A stretch of DNA of 64,000 nucleotides from an uncultured Aliarcobacter sp. (GTDB lineage Bacteria; Campylobacterota; Campylobacteria; Campylobacterales; Arcobacteraceae): positions 480,001 through 544,000 of the forward strand of contig OY781945.1 in the NCBI GenBank assembly GCA_963677435.1, in the 5' to 3' direction. The notes below the pieces were generated by a model. The model was not told where the DNA came from, ran no database searches, and worked only from the letters and a program-made list of their open reading frames with translations. The position numbers were made by a program, and so were the translations under genes. Positions 1 through 11,493 of the stretch are shown here, in pieces (position 1 is the stretch's first letter; every line of letters starts with the position of its first letter).

Positions 1-131
1 CTTATAATAATCATACAATCACACAAGAATACTACTATGCTTTTATTTTAGCATCTATACTTGAAGTATTACTTGTAATGATTGTTATTAGAATAATTAC
101 AAGTTTAGTTTATTTTAGAAATAGTAATTAA
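1..131 (+). CDS. C-terminal end of a membrane protein, probably a cation:proton antiporter (partial; not in ORF track)
   Basis: Frame 3 is open from the window start to TAA at 129-131 and reads YNNHTITQEYYYAFILASILEVLLVMIVIRIITSLVYFRNSN*, a hydrophobic final helix. It overlaps the convergent ORF by 27 bp. The antiporter call is from recall. Confidence 0.55.
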   Translation, partial: YNNHTITQEYYYAFILASILEVLLVMIVIRIITSLVYFRNSN

Positions 132-836
132 GTCACCTTTATAAGTAACATCAAATTTTGATGGTTTATCACTTAATTCAACAGCAACTCTAAAATATCC
201 ATCTTTTTTATGATTTCCAACTGCAACTTTTTGAAAACAAGATGATTCTAAACTATCTCTTCTTGTATTAAAATCAACTTTTCCTTTGTAATCGATGATA
301 ATTTTATTTTCTTTAACTACAGAGAATTTTTTAGAAACTCCATAAGATGTAGTTATTAATAATTTATTATCATTATATTCAAGTTTTAGGAATGGTAGTA
401 TATTTTTAGTTAATAAAGCTTCATCTTCAGCCACATCACTTCTTGGTTTAACATAAACAACTTGAGTAGGTTCTACATTCTTTTGAACTTCTTTTTTTAC
501 AAGTTCTTTTGCTTTTTGTTCAGTTTGTTTTTTTGTTTTTTGAATTAAAGAATCAACTTCTCTTTTTGAGTATGTATCATCCTCAATAACAGTAGTAGGT
601 TTACTTACTTTCTCTTCAACTTTATTTTCACCTTGCGAAGTTACATTTAACATTTTTTCTTGCATCTCTTGTATGTAAGGTGCATTTTCCATAGATTTTT
701 TTACAGCTTTCTCATCTAAATTTATAATTTTGCCAAGATCTTGGTCAAAAACTGTTGTTGGTTCAAATGGATTTTCTCTCGCACTTAAATTTAAGGCTAA
801 TGCTGTTGTTAATGTAAATAAAAATAAAGTTTTCAT
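105..836 (-). CDS. AMIN-domain periplasmic protein
   Basis: Signal peptide followed by ARENPF; C-terminal AMIN-like segment (KIIIDYK...KVAVGNHKKDGYFRVAVELS); usual position after eno-ftsB in Campylobacterota. Confidence 0.75.
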   Translation of the reverse strand: MKTLFLFTLTTALALNLSARENPFEPTTVFDQDLGKIINLDEKAVKKSMENAPYIQEMQEKMLNVTSQGENKVEEKVSKPTTVIEDDTYSKREVDSLIQKTKKQTEQKAKELVKKEVQKNVEPTQVVYVKPRSDVAEDEALLTKNILPFLKLEYNDNKLLITTSYGVSKKFSVVKENKIIIDYKGKVDFNTRRDSLESSCFQKVAVGNHKKDGYFRVAVELSDKPSKFDVTYKGDLITISKIN

Positions 837-1075
837 TCTTCTGGCTCCAAATTTTTTAATTCAAAATACTCTTTTTGCAAATAAGCATTTTCTCTTTGTA
901 ATCTTAAAATCTCATCTTCAAGGTACTCTTTTTTATATTTCAATGAGTTATAAACTTGTAAAGAGTTATCCCCAAAAAGAATATTGGTTGCGTGATATGA
1001 AAGATATACCGTTAGTGCTAAAGAAAATAGCACTATTAGTATAAATTTGTTATATACACGCATTTTTTGCATCAT
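833..1075 (-). CDS. Septum formation initiator (FtsB/DivIC-like)
   Basis: Single TM helix, LFGDNS motif, then coiled coil (LQRENAYLQKEYFELK); directly after eno. Confidence 0.75.
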   Translation of the reverse strand: MMQKMRVYNKFILIVLFSLALTVYLSYHATNILFGDNSLQVYNSLKYKKEYLEDEILRLQRENAYLQKEYFELKNLEPEE

Positions 1076-1084
1076 TAATCATTT

Positions 1085-2359
<1,275 letters not shown>

Positions 2360-2458
2360 TTAGGTCTCCTAATTTCATAATTTGATAGATTATAGCTAAA
2401 ATAAATTTGTTGTTTGCTTTTGTAGTTTTTTGTTAGTTGTTAATTTGTAGGTATTTTA

Positions 2459-2481
2459 CCAAAGGAAAAGATTTCCTTTGG
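2459..2481 (-). terminator. Hairpin downstream of recA (terminator or stabiliser)
   Basis: CCAAAGGAAA-aga-TTTCCTTTGG, perfect 10-bp stem 12 nt after the recA stop; no strong U-tract. Confidence 0.6.
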
Positions 2482-2493
2482 CAGAGGTATTAG

Positions 2494-3543
2494 TTATTCG
2501 TCTATTTCAGATGCATCTTCAACATCATCTGTGCTACTACTTATTAGTGCATCATTAATTCCCATAGAATCAAGAATTTTTTTCTCAATCTCTTTTGCAA
2601 TTTCTGGATTATCTTTTAAGAATACTTTTGAGTTTTCTCTTCCTTGTCCAATTTTTGAATCACCATAAGAGAACCAGGCACCAGCTTTATCAACGATGTC
2701 AAGTTTAACACCATAATCAACTAATTCACCAGTTTTAGAGATACCCTCTCCAAACATAATGTCAAATTCTGCTAATTTAAATGGAGCTGCAACTTTATTT
2801 TTTACAACTTTAACTTTTACTCTATTTCCGATTGAATTTTCACCTTGTTTAAGTGTTGCAATTCTTCTAATATCAAGTCTTACAGATGAATAGAATTTAA
2901 GTGCATTTCCACCAGTTGTAGTTTCTGGACTTCCGTAACCTGTCATTCCAATTTTCATTCTGATTTGGTTAATGAAAATTACAGTACAGTTCATTTTGTT
3001 TAATAATCCAGTAATTTTTCTTAATGCTTTTGACATAAGTCTAGCTTGTACACCAACTTGCTGGTCATCCATATCTCCATCAATCTCAACTTTTGGAGTA
3101 AGAGCAGCAACTGAGTCAATTACAACTAAATCAACTGCACCAGATCTTATAACAGTTTCTAAAATTTCTAAAGCTTGCTCTCCAAAATCTGGTTGAGAAA
3201 CAAGTAAATTATCTGTATCAACACCTAAGTTTTTTGCATAACCAACATCTAAAGCATGTTCTGCATCAATAAATGCACAAACTCCACCAGCTTTTTGAGC
3301 TTCTGCAATTGCATGAAGCGTAAGAGTTGTTTTCCCTGAAGATTCAGGTCCATAAATTTCAATAACTCTTCCTTTTGGAAGACCACCAACACCTAGTGCT
3401 AAATCTAGTCCTAAAGAACCTGTACTAATAGTTTCAGTTGGAACTACAACTTTATCTCCAAGTCGGATAAGTGTACCTTTACCAAATGTTTTGTCTATTT
3501 GTTTTATTGCCAAGTCTAATGATTTTTTTTGATTTTCATCCAT
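2494..3543 (-). CDS. recA: Recombinase A
   Basis: GPESSGKTT Walker [36 protein letters not shown]. Confidence 0.99.
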   Translation of the reverse strand: MDENQKKSLDLAIKQIDKTFGKGTLIRLGDKVVVPTETISTGSLGLDLALGVGGLPKGRVIEIYGPESSGKTTLTLHAIAEAQKAGGVCAFIDAEHALDVGYAKNLGVDTDNLLVSQPDFGEQALEILETVIRSGAVDLVVIDSVAALTPKVEIDGDMDDQQVGVQARLMSKALRKITGLLNKMNCTVIFINQIRMKIGMTGYGSPETTTGGNALKFYSSVRLDIRRIATLKQGENSIGNRVKVKVVKNKVAAPFKLAEFDIMFGEGISKTGELVDYGVKLDIVDKAGAWFSYGDSKIGQGRENSKVFLKDNPEIAKEIEKKILDSMGINDALISSSTDDVEDASEIDE

Positions 3544-3582
3544 TTTATTTCCTATATTGGTATGTTCTTATTTTATGTTGGG

Positions 3583-3591
3583 ATTTTAGCA
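3583..3591 (-). promoter_or_regulatory. Extended -10 promoter element of recA
   Basis: TGCTAAAAT on the - strand (TGnTATAAT-like), ~40 nt upstream of the ATG. Confidence 0.55.
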
Positions 3592-3641
3592 GATTATTTA
3601 TGAAGTAAAGATTTATATTACAATTTGTAATGTTTTTTATT

Positions 3642-3839
3642 TTAACTATTTTCTTTTTCAATTCTTTCAATAGTTTCTATTGTTTTAATATGAGAATTTA
3701 CCCTTTGTTTCATAGTATAAGTTTTAATATGTTTTGCAAGTATTTTTGTATATTTCTTGTAATTTCGAGAATCTTTTTCTAAAGTAGATAATTTTTTTTG
3801 TATTTTTATTATATCTTCAGGGATTATATTGTTTTGCAT
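3642..3839 (-). CDS. Small basic hypothetical protein (65 aa)
   Basis: Fills the recA-pseB gap, has an AAGG upstream and its own TGtAATAAT -10-like element; helical, Lys-rich. Confidence 0.6.
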   Translation of the reverse strand: MQNNIIPEDIIKIQKKLSTLEKDSRNYKKYTKILAKHIKTYTMKQRVNSHIKTIETIERIEKENS

Positions 3840-3898
3840 TAAAAAAGGCCTTCGTTGAATATTTTTTAGATTATTACATATACAAGATTAAAATATAA

Positions 3899-4948
<1,050 letters not shown>

Positions 4949-6073
4949 ATGAATTTTATACCTTATGGAAAACAAACTATTGGTGAAGATGATATAAATA
5001 GTGTAATTGAAGTTCTAAAATCTGATTTTTTAACAACAGGTCCAAAAGTAAAAGAATTCGAAGAACAAATAGCCTCTTATTGTGGTGCTAAATATTGTGT
5101 AGCTGTTTCAAATGGAACAGCAGCACTTCATTTAGGCTCACTTGTGTTATTAAATGAAAATGATAAAGTTCTAACAACTCCAAACTCTTTTTTAGCAACT
5201 TCAAACTCAATTTTATATGCAAATGCAAAACCAATTTTTGTGGATATTATAGAAGATGGAAATATAGATTTAGATTTATGCGAAGAAGAGTTAAAAAAAG
5301 ACTCTTCAATAAAAGCAATTTATGCTGTTCATTTTTCTGGAAATCCAGTAAATCAGACTAAATTAAAATATTTAAAAGAAACATACAAAATAAAAATTCT
5401 AGAAGATTGTGCTCACTCAATTGGTGCAACATTTGAAGGAATTAAAGCGGGGAGTTGTACAAATAGTGATATTTCAATATTCTCTTTTCATCCAGTAAAA
5501 CATATAACAACAGGTGAAGGAGGGGCAATTACCACAAATTCAAAAGAGTTACATGAAAAACTTTTAATTTTAAGAGGCCATGGAATGGTTAAAGATGCTT
5601 CAATGAAACCATGGGAATATGAGATGCAATCTTTAGGCTTTAATTATAGGATTACGGATTTTCAATGTGCATTGGGATTAAGTCAACTAAATAAATTAGA
5701 TAATTTTATTCAAAGAAGAAGAGAATTAGCAAAAAATTATGATGATGCTTTTGAAAATAGTTTAATTAAACCTTTGTATAAATTTACAGAAAACTCTTCC
5801 TATCATCTTTATGTGGTACGAGTTGATTTTAATAAATTAACTATTAGTAAAGAAGAGTTGTTTATAAAAATGAGAGAGTTAAATATAGGTTTACAACTTC
5901 ACTATATTCCAATAAATAAACAACCATTTTATAAATCTTTAGGTTATGGAAATGAGAGTATTCCTGTAATGGAAAAATACTATAAAGAGAGTTTTTCAAT
6001 TCCTCTATATCCTTCTTTAACTAATGAGGAACAAGAGTTTGTAATTAAAAGTTTGTTAGAAAATATAAAATAA
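4949..6073 (+). CDS. pseC: PLP-dependent UDP-4-keto-6-deoxy-HexNAc aminotransferase
   Basis: IPYGKQTI, LTTGP, EDCAHS, FSFHPVKHITTGEGG; follows pseB. Confidence 0.93.
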   Translation: MNFIPYGKQTIGEDDINSVIEVLKSDFLTTGPKVKEFEEQIASYCGAKYCVAVSNGTAALHLGSLVLLNENDKVLTTPNSFLATSNSILYANAKPIFVDIIEDGNIDLDLCEEELKKDSSIKAIYAVHFSGNPVNQTKLKYLKETYKIKILEDCAHSIGATFEGIKAGSCTNSDISIFSFHPVKHITTGEGGAITTNSKELHEKLLILRGHGMVKDASMKPWEYEMQSLGFNYRITDFQCALGLSQLNKLDNFIQRRRELAKNYDDAFENSLIKPLYKFTENSSYHLYVVRVDFNKLTISKEELFIKMRELNIGLQLHYIPINKQPFYKSLGYGNESIPVMEKYYKESFSIPLYPSLTNEEQEFVIKSLLENIK

Positions 6074-6082
6074 GGGATTAAA

Positions 6083-7264
6083 ATGCAGATATTGATTTAT
6101 AAAGGAAGCTCTCAATATGGGGCATTTGATTATTTTACTGTAAGTTTAAAGAAGGCTTTAGAAGCAAGAAGTCATAGTGTGGAGATATTTGATTTAACAA
6201 TCCCAAATGCAATGGATGGTCTCTCGGAAATTTTCACTAACAAGGTGTTTGATTTAGTAATTGGCTTTAATGGTGTTGGATGTGATTTAAAAGTAGGGAA
6301 TGAATCTATATATAATATTGTAAAAACATATTTTTTAGGAATTTTTGTTGATCATCCAGTTTATCATATATCAAGATTAGCTTCTCCAATGCACTATTTT
6401 TTAGCTTCTTTTTTAGATAAAGCTCACGTTGATTTTCTTCAAAACTCTATGCCTGAAAGTCAAGTTTTAAAATTCTTTATGCCACTTTCAGGCGAAGAGT
6501 TTGGAAAAAGTATTGAAAACTATGAAGAGTATAAATCTATAAAAGATATTGATATTTTATTCACAGGTTCTAACTTTGGAAGCCCTACAAAAAAATGGGA
6601 AAATATTGATTCAATTCCAAATTATTTATTTGAAGAGATTGCACAAAAATTAATTGAAGATGAATATATCAGTGTTGAAGAAGCTTATAATCAAGTGATG
6701 AATAGATATAAAATCGCTTTTAATTCTATATCAAAAGCTCAAATGGCATCTTTTTTATCAATGGTTGTAAGTTATGTACGAGAGTATAAAAGAGACGTGA
6801 TATTAAAAAAACTTTTTCAAAGTGATTTAAAAATTACTGTTTATGGTAAAAATTGGGCTGAAGTGGTAAGTGAGTATCCTAATGTTATAAATGGTGGAGA
6901 AGTTACACTTGAAAAAACAATAGAATTAACAAAAAAAGTAAAAGTTGTTATAAATTTAAATACTAATTTTACTCAAGGTGGACACGATAGAGTTTTTACA
7001 GGAATGTTAAATCATGCGGTTGTATTTACTGATAAAAGTACTTATTATGATGAGTATTTTACGGATGAAGTTGATTATTTAACATATTCTTTAAACACAC
7101 TTGAATCAGATATTGAGAAATTAAGAGTTAATTTAAAAGATGATAAAAAACTATTTGAAATGGCTAATAATGCTTATAGTTTAACTAAAGCAAATCATAC
7201 TTGGGATAATAGAGCAAAATATTTAGAAGAGATTGTTTCTTTTGTTAAGAAAATAAATTCATAG
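6083..7264 (+). CDS. GT-B glycosyltransferase (CgeB/Glyco_trans_1_2-like)
   Basis: VDHP, DIDILFTGS, VYGKNW, HDRVF, HTWDNRA motifs typical of CgeB-like GTs. Confidence 0.7.
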   Translation: MQILIYKGSSQYGAFDYFTVSLKKALEARSHSVEIFDLTIPNAMDGLSEIFTNKVFDLVIGFNGVGCDLKVGNESIYNIVKTYFLGIFVDHPVYHISRLASPMHYFLASFLDKAHVDFLQNSMPESQVLKFFMPLSGEEFGKSIENYEEYKSIKDIDILFTGSNFGSPTKKWENIDSIPNYLFEEIAQKLIEDEYISVEEAYNQVMNRYKIAFNSISKAQMASFLSMVVSYVREYKRDVILKKLFQSDLKITVYGKNWAEVVSEYPNVINGGEVTLEKTIELTKKVKVVINLNTNFTQGGHDRVFTGMLNHAVVFTDKSTYYDEYFTDEVDYLTYSLNTLESDIEKLRVNLKDDKKLFEMANNAYSLTKANHTWDNRAKYLEEIVSFVKKINS

Positions 7265-7271
7265 GATAAAA

Positions 7272-7970
7272 ATGAACAAAACAGTAGCAATTATTCCAGC
7301 TCGCGGTGGAAGTAAAAGAATTCCTAGAAAAAATATTAAAGATTTTCATGGAATGCCACTAATTGCTTATAGTATTAAAGTTGCTTTAAAATCTAAGCTT
7401 TTTGATAAGGTTATTGTTTCAACTGATGATGAAGAGATTGCCAAAATTGCTGAGAAGTATGGGGCAAGTGTTCCATTTATTAGACCAATTGAATTAAGTG
7501 ATGATTTTACAGGAACGGGTGCAGTTGTAAATCACGCTTTAGAGTATTTAAAAAGTGTTGGTGAAATTTATGATTTTGTTTGCATTATTTATGCAACAGC
7601 TCCTTTTTTAGATGAAAAATATTTGATTGAAGGTTTTGAAAAACTGAGAAATTCAAATGCAAGAAATGCTTTTTCTTGCACTTCAATGCCATTTCCAATT
7701 CAAAGAACTTTTAAAATTACTAAAGATGAAAGATGTGAAATGTTTTGGCCTGAAAACTTTTCTAAAAGAAGCCAAGATTTGGAAGAGGCTTTTCAAGATG
7801 CAGGACAGTTTTATTGGACAAATTTGAATATAAAATCAAATGAAATTATATTTGCAAAAGATTCTATTCCAATTATACTTCCTAGATTTCTTGTTCAAGA
7901 TATTGATACTTTAGAAGATTGGAAAAGAGCTGAAATTATGTATGAAGTTATACAAAAGGCAAAATCATGA
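7272..7970 (+). CDS. pseF: CMP-pseudaminic acid synthetase
   Basis: IIPARGGSKRIPRKNIK, RSQDLEE, DAGQFYW, QDIDTLEDW. Confidence 0.93.
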   Translation: MNKTVAIIPARGGSKRIPRKNIKDFHGMPLIAYSIKVALKSKLFDKVIVSTDDEEIAKIAEKYGASVPFIRPIELSDDFTGTGAVVNHALEYLKSVGEIYDFVCIIYATAPFLDEKYLIEGFEKLRNSNARNAFSCTSMPFPIQRTFKITKDERCEMFWPENFSKRSQDLEEAFQDAGQFYWTNLNIKSNEIIFAKDSIPIILPRFLVQDIDTLEDWKRAEIMYEVIQKAKS

Positions 7971-9001
7971 AAATAGGAAACTTTGATTTACAAAAAGATG
8001 GAACTTATATTATTGCAGAACTTAGTGCAAATCATAATGGAAGTTTACAAACAGCCCTTGACACAATAAAAGCAGCTAAAGAAATAGGTGCAAATGCCAT
8101 AAAACTTCAAACTTATACAGCAGATACTTTAACTTTAAATTGTAAAAATGATGATTTTATGGTTAAAGGTGGAACTTTATGGGATGGAAAAAGTTTATAT
8201 GAACTTTATGAATGGGCAACAACTCCTTGGGAGTGGCACAAAGAGTTATTTGCGTATGCAAGAAGTTTAGATATAGATATTTTTTCAACTCCTTTTGATA
8301 AAAGTGCTGTTGATTTTCTTGAACAATTTAGTCCAAGTGCATATAAAATCGCCTCTTTTGAAATAACTGATTATGAGTTAATAAGATATACTGCAAGTAA
8401 ACAAAAACCAATTATCATTAGTACAGGAATTGCAACAATTGATGAGATTTTAGATGTGATAGATATTTGTAAAAGTGTTGGAAATGAGAATGTTATTCTT
8501 CTAAAATGCACAAGTGAATATCCAGCACTTTTAGAAGAAGCGAATTTAAAAACAATTTCAAATATGAAAGAGACTTTTGGAGTTGAGGTTGGATTTTCTG
8601 ACCATACTTTAGGAATTACTGCTCCAATAGTTGCAGTTACTTTAGGTGCAAAAGTAATTGAAAAACATTTTATCTTAGATAAATCAATTGGTGGAGCTGA
8701 TTGTGATTTTTCTTTGGATAAAAAAGAGTTTTCTTCTATGATTCAAGCAGTAAGAGAAACGGAAAAACTTCTCGGTAGAGTTGATTATAGTTTAAATGAG
8801 AAAAAACAAAAACAAAGAAGATTTTCAAGAAGTCTTTATGTTTCAAAAGAGATAAAAAAAGGCGAAATTTTTACTCTTGAAAATATAAAATCAGTTCGAC
8901 CAGGTTTTGGACTTCATCCAAAATATCTAAATGAGATTTTGGGAAAAACAGCACTTAAAGATTATAAATTAGGAGATAGAGTTGAAAAATATACTTTTTA
9001 G
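7967..9001 (+). CDS. pseI: Pseudaminic acid synthase
   Basis: IAELSANHNG, KLQTYTADT, TPWEWH, SDHTLG, IEKHF and a C-terminal SAF domain (VRPGFGLHP). Confidence 0.94.
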   Translation: MKIGNFDLQKDGTYIIAELSANHNGSLQTALDTIKAAKEIGANAIKLQTYTADTLTLNCKNDDFMVKGGTLWDGKSLYELYEWATTPWEWHKELFAYARSLDIDIFSTPFDKSAVDFLEQFSPSAYKIASFEITDYELIRYTASKQKPIIISTGIATIDEILDVIDICKSVGNENVILLKCTSEYPALLEEANLKTISNMKETFGVEVGFSDHTLGITAPIVAVTLGAKVIEKHFILDKSIGGADCDFSLDKKEFSSMIQAVRETEKLLGRVDYSLNEKKQKQRRFSRSLYVSKEIKKGEIFTLENIKSVRPGFGLHPKYLNEILGKTALKDYKLGDRVEKYTF

Positions 9002-9959
9002 ATGTGATTCTTCCTCTACAATTGGTTTAGGGCATGTTAAAAGATGTTTACTTTTGGCAAAAAGATTAAAAGAGCATGATAAAAATCTAAAGATACTTTT
9101 TGCAACACAAAAGTTATATGGAAATATAAATGAAGAGATTTTAAAATCTGGATTTTCTATTTATTCTATTAGTGATAATAGTGTGAAGATGTTGGATTAT
9201 TTTGTTAAAGGCTTGAAAACAAATTTATTAGTTATTGATTCTTATGATATAGATTATAAATTTGAAGAGCAAATAAAAATTCAAAATCCAACTTTAAAAA
9301 TACTAAGTTTTGATGATACTATAAATCCACATTGCTCTGACATGGTTTTAAATCATGGAGTTCAAGCCCAAGAAAAAGAGTATAAAAGATTAGTTTCTAA
9401 AAAAACAAAACTATTTTGTGGAAGTGAATATACACTTTTAAGGGATGAGTTTTTAGAAGCAAAAAGAGTAAAAGTTACAAGAAATAGTGTTGCAGTTATT
9501 TTAGGTGGAAATGATGTTTTAAATCTCTCTTCAAAAATCGCAGATTTACTTTTGGAAATTAACAAAAAATATAAAATCACAATCATTACAACAAGTGCAA
9601 ATCAAAATCTAAAAGAGTTAAAACAAAGCAAAGATATTGAAGTTTTGGTTGATATAAATAACATTGCATCGGTATTAGCCTCAAAAAGTTTGGTAATCAC
9701 TGCAAGTGGGGGAACTTTGTTTGAGGTTTTATCTTTGAAGAAAAAGTTTATAAATATTGAAGTTGCACTTAATCAAAAAGTTGTGGATAAGTTTTTGAAA
9801 AATAAAGGCATAAAAACAACAATTAAAGCCGAAGATTTAACAAAAGAGAGTTTAAAAAACAGAATTGAATATATAAAAAAGAACAACGTTTATAAAAAAC
9901 TAACTCTAAAATTTGCAAAAAACAGATTGGTTAAACAGATTTTAAAAGAGTTAAAATGA
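8982..9959 (+). CDS. pseG: UDP-2,4-diacetamido-2,4,6-trideoxy-altropyranose hydrolase
   Basis: FRCDSSSTIGLGHVKRCL, IDSY, LLRDEF, GGND; TTG start overlapping pseI. Confidence 0.88.
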   Translation: MKNILFRCDSSSTIGLGHVKRCLLLAKRLKEHDKNLKILFATQKLYGNINEEILKSGFSIYSISDNSVKMLDYFVKGLKTNLLVIDSYDIDYKFEEQIKIQNPTLKILSFDDTINPHCSDMVLNHGVQAQEKEYKRLVSKKTKLFCGSEYTLLRDEFLEAKRVKVTRNSVAVILGGNDVLNLSSKIADLLLEINKKYKITIITTSANQNLKELKQSKDIEVLVDINNIASVLASKSLVITASGGTLFEVLSLKKKFINIEVALNQKVVDKFLKNKGIKTTIKAEDLTKESLKNRIEYIKKNNVYKKLTLKFAKNRLVKQILKELK

Positions 9960-10492
9960 AAATAGTTTTTAAAGAGTATTCCTCTTTAACTAAAATCCAA
10001 TCCAAAGAGATTTTGGATATTAGAAATCTAGATTACATTAGAAAAAATATGATTACAAATGAAATCATAAGTTTACAAAATCATTTAAAATGGATTGAAT
10101 CTTTAAAAATAAATTTAGAAAAAAAATATTTTGCAGTGCTTAAAGAAAATGAAGTTTTAGGTTCTTGTTCTTGGATAAAAGAAGAAAATGCCTTTACTTG
10201 GGGAATATTTTTTAAAGATGGTGTTAATCCAATAATCTCATCTTGTTGTGCTTATTTATTTTTAGAGCACTGTTTTTTTGATGAAAAGATAAAGGAACTT
10301 GGCTCATTAGTAAAAAAAGAGAATAACGTAGCTTTGAATTTTAATAAAAATTTTGGTTTTAAAATTTATAAAGAAGATGAAAACTATTTTTATTTAAAAC
10401 TTGAAAAAGAAGATTGGGAAAATAACAAAAATAGTAGATTAATAAAATCAATTAAAAAGTATTTAGATAAAATAGAGTATCAATTTAGTTAA
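9956..10492 (+). CDS. pseH: GNAT N-acyltransferase, PseH-like
   Basis: IRN..IRKNM, ISLQNHLKW, WGIF, NNVALNFNKNFGF; follows pseG. Confidence 0.8.
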   Translation: MKIVFKEYSSLTKIQSKEILDIRNLDYIRKNMITNEIISLQNHLKWIESLKINLEKKYFAVLKENEVLGSCSWIKEENAFTWGIFFKDGVNPIISSCCAYLFLEHCFFDEKIKELGSLVKKENNVALNFNKNFGFKIYKEDENYFYLKLEKEDWENNKNSRLIKSIKKYLDKIEYQFS

Positions 10493-10501
10493 AGGGTAGA
10501 T

Positions 10502-10792
10502 TTGAAAGATAAAATTGAAAAAATCATAATAGAAACATTGTTTGAATTAAATGAAGAATTAGAAAATGAATCTTTACAAAATCCAGATTCTAAAACAAAA
10601 CTATATGGAGCAAATGGTGGTTTAGATTCTTTGGCGCTAGTTAGTTTTATAACAGATTTAGAAGAAAAAATCTCAGATGAGTTTGACAAAGAGATAGTTT
10701 TAGCCGATGAAAAAGCAATGAGTGCAAAAACATCACCTTTTAGAACTGTTGAGAGTTTGACTTTATATATTAAATCTTTATTGGAAAATTAA
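10502..10792 (+). CDS. Stand-alone acyl carrier protein
   Basis: Small acidic protein with GLDSLALV phosphopantetheine-Ser motif and FRTVESL; TTG start after an AAAGGG RBS. Confidence 0.85.
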   Translation: MKDKIEKIIIETLFELNEELENESLQNPDSKTKLYGANGGLDSLALVSFITDLEEKISDEFDKEIVLADEKAMSAKTSPFRTVESLTLYIKSLLEN

Positions 10793-11493
10793 TGAACCAA
10801 ATCATAGTTATAACTGGAACTTCTAAGGGAATTGGAAAAGTAATTTCAAACTACTATTTAGAGCAAAATGATATAGTAATTGGTTGTTCAAGAACTGAAA
10901 GTTCAATAACTCATCCAAATTATAGACATTTTTCTTTAGAAGTAAGTGATGAAAAAGCAGTTGTAAGTATGATACGAGCTATAAAAAAAGAGTTTGGCAA
11001 AATTGATATTTTGATAAATAATGCAGGAATTGCTTCAATGAATCATATTTTAACAACTTCTGTTGAGACGATTTCAAAACTTTTTAATACAAATTTTATA
11101 GGAACTTTTTTATTCACAAGGGAAGTTTCAAAAGTTATGATGAAACAAAAAAATGGAAAAATTGTAAACTTCACAACGGTTGCAACTCCACTAAGACTTG
11201 AAGGTGAAGCTGTATATGCAGCTAGTAAATCAGCTATTGAGAATTTCACTCAAACTGCTTCAAAAGAGTTAGCACCATTTAATATAACCATAAATGCCTT
11301 AGGTCCAACTCCAATAGAGACAGATTTGATAAAAGCAGTTCCAAAAAACAAAATTGAGGAACTTTTAAATAAACAAACAATTAAAAGATTTGGAACATTT
11401 GAAGATATTATAAATGTAATTGAGTTTTTTGTGGATGAAAAAAGTAAATTCATCACAGGGCAAATCATCTATCTTGGAGGAGTGAATAACTAA
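10792..11493 (+). CDS. SDR oxidoreductase (FabG-like)
   Basis: TGTSKGIG, NNAG, YAASK. Confidence 0.9.
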   Translation: MNQIIVITGTSKGIGKVISNYYLEQNDIVIGCSRTESSITHPNYRHFSLEVSDEKAVVSMIRAIKKEFGKIDILINNAGIASMNHILTTSVETISKLFNTNFIGTFLFTREVSKVMMKQKNGKIVNFTTVATPLRLEGEAVYAASKSAIENFTQTASKELAPFNITINALGPTPIETDLIKAVPKNKIEELLNKQTIKRFGTFEDIINVIEFFVDEKSKFITGQIIYLGGVNN

